Part shown: one piece after another, positions 59,972 through 64,000 of the stretch
How the letters are laid out: every line of letters starts with the position of its first letter
Numbering within the stretch: position 1 is the first letter of the stretch
Source: a virus
Taxonomy: Duplodnaviria > Caudoviricetes
IMG/VR virus record: IMGVR_UViG_3300035498_000319
Span: 29,314-93,313 of that record
Strand: one strand, 5' to 3'
Length of the DNA: 64,000 nucleotides
Made by a program: the position numbers and the translations under genes
The notes under the pieces: model-generated
Told to the model about the DNA's origin: nothing
Database searches by the model: none
Seen by the model: the letters and a program-made list of their open reading frames with translations, nothing else

Positions 59972-62683
59972 GTGAAATTTGGATCTATTTACCTAAAAAA
60001 CTATATAGGTATTTATAATGGAATGGGATTGAAAGAAATCAGTATAGATTTCACAGCAGCTAGAAATAGAATCATAATTATTCGTGGAGATAATGGTAGT
60101 GGTAAATCCACTATTATGAAAGCACTAAGTATATTTCCAGATGGGAATGAATCATTTATTCCGGATGAACCGGCAATGAAGATTATCACTCTTATGGATG
60201 GACCTACATCTTATAGATTTACTTTCATTCATGGAGTAAAGAATGGACAAAGGCAAACTACTAAAGCTTATATCGCTAAGACTACTCCTACTGGAGTTGT
60301 AGAACTAAATGAGAACGGTAATGTGACTTCTTACAAGAGTATCTTATTTGATGAATTAGGACTAGATCCTAACTTTGAATCATTATCTCAATTATCTACA
60401 GATGATAGAGGTATTGCTGACAAGAAGCCTGCCGATAGAAAGAGATTCGTAAACTCTATTCTTAGTAATATGGATGTCTATAATGATATCTATAAATCTC
60501 TTACTAAGAGAGCATCTAACTTTAAGAATCTCATATCTTCTATAACAGCTAAGCTAAATAGTGTTGGAGATCCAAATGCTATAGCGGCTAGTTTAGAGGC
60601 TGTAGAAGAGAGAATTAATATAGCTCAAGATCAGAAGGATGCTGCTGTAGAAGCATTGGCGAAAGCTACTGCTAAGATGGAAGTATTAGACCCCGATGGA
60701 TCTATATCTGCTACTATAGATAAATTATCCAGTCAGCATGATTCTCTTATTAAATCACAAGCAGATATATCTGCTAAGATAACTTCTGCTAGGATGTCTA
60801 TAAATATGACTCCTACAAATGATGCAAAGGGTATTCTTGATGCTATAAATGATAAGATAAATGCTATCAATATAGACAATCAACTTAAGAGAGGAGAGAT
60901 AGAAACTCTATTAAAAGAGCAAGAGAGATATGCCGCTGATGTATCATCTAGAATACAAAAGATGCAAGCCTATAATGATGACGATAGGTTTGAAGAAGTA
61001 TTAGATGAGATAGCATCTCTTGAAGCAGAGAAAGAAGAAATAGAGAAGAAGTTTGCGGCTCTTAAGATAGATCCATCTACTCTATCTAAAGAGGGATTTA
61101 TTGCGGCTTTAGATTATATCAATAGAGTCGTAGAAGAAGCAAGTACTTTGAAGTCTGAATGCGATTATATGCGTCTCATGTATATCATAGAGGATTATAA
61201 AAATACTGGCGAGATTCCAACAGTAGATGCAGATGAGAGAGCTCGAATAGCAAAGAAAATAGCCGATGAAGAATTCTGTATGGCTAGTTATGAGAAGGAG
61301 ATATTAGAACTTCAAGCAGATATTAAGACTCTGGATGTATTGCAGCAAAGACCTAAGCTATGCAAGATAGGTAGTTGTCCATTTATTAGAGAAGCTCTTA
61401 AAGTAGAAGAAAGAGATCCTAAGTCGAGACTCAATACAGTTATCGTTTGCAGAAATCTTGCAGAAAAGAATATAGGAATATATAAAGACAAATTAGCTAT
61501 ACTTGATGATAAAGCATTAGCTTGCACTAAGTTTGCTAATTTCATTAGAGATATTCAGAGAGGAATCGGTTTAGTATCTAAGCTTCCTTGTGCTAAAGCA
61601 TTCTCTGATCTTCCTACTTTAGTAGGTGATATCTTCAACATGGACTATCTTAAAGACTTAGGGGAGATCTATAGCTATATAGATTATGCTAACGATTTGG
61701 ATGTCTATAATGCTATCTTAGTCAATCTTAATAAACTCTATTCTGATAGAGATAGATATGGATATAGAAAAGAGATTGTGGAAGATCTTCAGAGAGATAT
61801 AGATGCTATTAATAGAGAGCTAGATGCTATTGCGGCTAGAATAGTTCCCTTGCAAAGTACTTTAGCATCTAATGATAAAGCTCTAATAACCCTAAAGAAT
61901 AGAGCTATCGGCTGTCAGACTATCATTGATTTAGAGAAAGAGCTTACTCGGATTAGATCTGAGCTAGAAGCTAATAATAAACTCTATGATGATAATAGAG
62001 AGAAGATTAAGACTATTAAATCTGCTACTACCGCTGCACAGAAGCAAGTAGTTATTATAGAGAATCTTAATAAGCAGATTGAACCTCTTATGAGAGATAG
62101 AGATAGATTGAATCATCAAATGAGAATGGTTGATGATTATACTAGAGAATTGGATATGCTTAATAATCAATATAGCAGATTAGAAACTATTCGCTATTAC
62201 TCTTCTCCCACTACAGGAATCCAATTAGTATTCATGGAAATGTATATGGGTAAAGTAATAGATGTAGCCAATAGTCTCTTATCCATGTTCTTTAATGGTA
62301 AATTCAGAATCTTGTCATTTATCATTAATGAATCCGAGTTTAGAATCCCCTGTGCAGGAGATGGTCTTATTAATGATGATATCTCCTCTATGAGTTCTGC
62401 TCAGATAGCTATGATATCTATGATATTAAGCTTTTCATTCTTATATAATTCGTCTACTAAATATAATATATTAAAGCTGGATGAGATCGATGGACCTCTT
62501 GATGGTAATAATAGACTTATGTTTACAGACGTATTGAATAACGTAATGAATATGATGGGAACAGAGCAATGCATTATGATTTCTCATAATAGTGAATTGC
62601 AGACTGCTGATGCAGATATTATTCTTCTTAAGAGTTCTGATGATAATGGCTATAACTATGGAAACATCATATGGAGGTATTAA
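59972..62683 (+). CDS. sbcC: SbcC/Rad50-like SMC ATPase
   Basis: GDNGSGKST, long coiled coil, central CKIGSC hook-like motif, MSSAQ signature, LDEIDGPLD and ISH. Confidence 0.9.
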   Translation: MKFGSIYLKNYIGIYNGMGLKEISIDFTAARNRIIIIRGDNGSGKSTIMKALSIFPDGNESFIPDEPAMKIITLMDGPTSYRFTFIHGVKNGQRQTTKAYIAKTTPTGVVELNENGNVTSYKSILFDELGLDPNFESLSQLSTDDRGIADKKPADRKRFVNSILSNMDVYNDIYKSLTKRASNFKNLISSITAKLNSVGDPNAIAASLEAVEERINIAQDQKDAAVEALAKATAKMEVLDPDGSISATIDKLSSQHDSLIKSQADISAKITSARMSINMTPTNDAKGILDAINDKINAINIDNQLKRGEIETLLKEQERYAADVSSRIQKMQAYNDDDRFEEVLDEIASLEAEKEEIEKKFAALKIDPSTLSKEGFIAALDYINRVVEEASTLKSECDYMRLMYIIEDYKNTGEIPTVDADERARIAKKIADEEFCMASYEKEILELQADIKTLDVLQQRPKLCKIGSCPFIREALKVEERDPKSRLNTVIVCRNLAEKNIGIYKDKLAILDDKALACTKFANFIRDIQRGIGLVSKLPCAKAFSDLPTLVGDIFNMDYLKDLGEIYSYIDYANDLDVYNAILVNLNKLYSDRDRYGYRKEIVEDLQRDIDAINRELDAIAARIVPLQSTLASNDKALITLKNRAIGCQTIIDLEKELTRIRSELEANNKLYDDNREKIKTIKSATTAAQKQVVIIENLNKQIEPLMRDRDRLNHQMRMVDDYTRELDMLNNQYSRLETIRYYSSPTTGIQLVFMEMYMGKVIDVANSLLSMFFNGKFRILSFIINESEFRIPCAGDGLINDDISSMSSAQIAMISMILSFSFLYNSSTKYNILKLDEIDGPLDGNNRLMFTDVLNNVMNMMGTEQCIMISHNSELQTADADIILLKSSDDNGYNYGNIIWRY

Positions 62684-63023
62684 CATTATTATAAGGCATT
62701 CTGAAACATACTTTCATTTTTGGTTTCCTTTCCTTGCACATCCTCTCAGAATATAAGATACACGGAGAGCAATCTCCGTGTATCATTCTACAACATCTTA
62801 TACATAAATGTAAGGGATCTATTTTATTCAGATTTCTTGAGAAAACAAACTGCTGCTAAAAGCGAATCCAAATCCGTACCCTGAAGAAATTCAGGGTACA
62901 ACACTTTTATACTATTAACTATTTATTAAGGCGATCGATCAGTGCATGGCAAGCGATTGCTTTCATGTGAATATCTCCAATCACATAAATGGTAGGGTCT
63001 TATGCAGACCCTACCACTATATT

Positions 63024-63962
63024 TTAATACTCGGAGACATCTCCATCGCCGATGAGAATAAGAGGCCATACTGTATCTATATTCTTATTTCTAGCACTCA
63101 TAGAATGAATATCAATAGTTGTATTCTCTAATAAGAATGCATCAGGTCTAGGATAATTAGGAATAGATTGTCCATTTGTTGTATCTATTACATCAAAGTA
63201 TCTTTGACCTGTAGATTGATTAAACTTAACTACTGCCATGATATTAGGATTATTCTCCATTCTCATTCTGACTTGCTCCGGAGTAAGTTGAGAATCAGGA
63301 AGATCTCCCATAGGAACTGATAATAGATTATTACTTCCAGCAGGAAGAGCCATATCAGAAATACTAGGGATATTAGGAGATTGATAAGTGCCCACAGGAG
63401 TATTTACAAATGCCTTATAAAGATCCATCATGCGAGCATCATCCGATTGATCCTTATCACTTTCTCTAAGAGCTTTCATTCTATCAAGAGTAAGTCTATG
63501 AGATTGCGAGATCGTATTATTGATTTCTTTAATAGCTGCTATCTTAGTAGATATTAAAGAAGCAGATGAAGCAGTAAGATTCGTTACATAAGTATACTTA
63601 TTCTTAAGAGTCTTACTAGAACGAATGGTATCTAAGTCTTCTTTAATTTCATTACTCAACTGATCTGTTTGAGCAATAGATCCTCTAAGAAGACTATTCG
63701 TCTCATTAAAAGACTTAAGATAATCATTGTCATCTGGCAATATCTTATCTGGAGTAAGAACTACCTTCTCTTTAGTAGTTCTCTTCTTAGGAGCAGCTTT
63801 GACAGCGACAGGAGTTTCTTCTTTAAACTTGGCTCCACCCTCTTGAGTGAACAAAGAGAAGTCTACACCAATGTCTTTATAATCATCATCTTTATCATTA
63901 GATTCCATATCAACAGATGGAAGAGAGTCTACAAAGAATTTCATTATAACACCTCTTATCAT
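63024..63962 (-). CDS. hypothetical protein (late promoter)
   Basis: 312 aa ORF; the true start may be the slightly downstream ATG after GAGGTG; AACA-N6-TA at 63970-63981. Confidence 0.7.
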   Translation of the reverse strand: MIRGVIMKFFVDSLPSVDMESNDKDDDYKDIGVDFSLFTQEGGAKFKEETPVAVKAAPKKRTTKEKVVLTPDKILPDDNDYLKSFNETNSLLRGSIAQTDQLSNEIKEDLDTIRSSKTLKNKYTYVTNLTASSASLISTKIAAIKEINNTISQSHRLTLDRMKALRESDKDQSDDARMMDLYKAFVNTPVGTYQSPNIPSISDMALPAGSNNLLSVPMGDLPDSQLTPEQVRMRMENNPNIMAVVKFNQSTGQRYFDVIDTTNGQSIPNYPRPDAFLLENTTIDIHSMSARNKNIDTVWPLILIGDGDVSEY

Positions 63963-64000
63963 TTGATTTTATTTTCATGTTGAGGTATTAAAAAATACTG

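Noticed and set aside
62716-62740. Minus-strand micro-ORF MKVCFRMPYNNVNTSI after an AAGGAAAGG RBS-like site
   Set aside because: It runs antisense into the sbcC end with no minus-strand promoter evident. The + strand sRNA reading was preferred, but the ORF is not fully excluded.
1-64000. Stop-codon reassignment
   Set aside because: Conserved genes are intact in the standard code, and TAA, TAG and TGA all terminate genes sensibly.
1-64000. Chimallin/PhuZ phage-nucleus genes
   Set aside because: No ORF could be recognised as either; a nucleus can be neither claimed nor excluded from this window.

Overview
AT-rich window from a jumbo phage with an AR9/PBS1/phiKZ-type gene set. The host is probably a Firmicute, inferred from strong AGGAGG RBSs and a LysM-3D protein. 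It encodes pieces of two split multisubunit RNA polymerases (beta-N, beta-C, a second short beta-C piece, a beta' catalytic DxDGD piece and a probable sigma-like subunit). Replication and repair genes include primase, DnaB, an SF1 helicase, RecA, SbcC/SbcD, NAD-dependent ligase and GyrB/GyrA. There are also probable virion genes, tRNA-Gly and many hypotheticals. Three ORF-less group I introns interrupt genes (two in the sigma-like gene, one in gyrB), and GyrA carries a mini-intein. Two recurrent promoter motifs are visible (TATATTAT; AAC[ACT]-N6-TA). The most notable observations are: (1) a short peptide motif, roughly [LI][IV]DP[MIL]x[FY], repeated at the termini of many unrelated DNA/RNA-transaction proteins, a candidate docking or targeting signal; (2) a 49-nt CCA-ending tRNA-like element inside a group I intron; (3) ORF-less promoter-terminator units complementary to ribosome-binding sites of phage genes; (4) a GT2 glycosyltransferase next to a U32-like Fe-S protein; (5) a candidate iteron-type origin. 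All calls come from motif recognition by eye; no searches were run.
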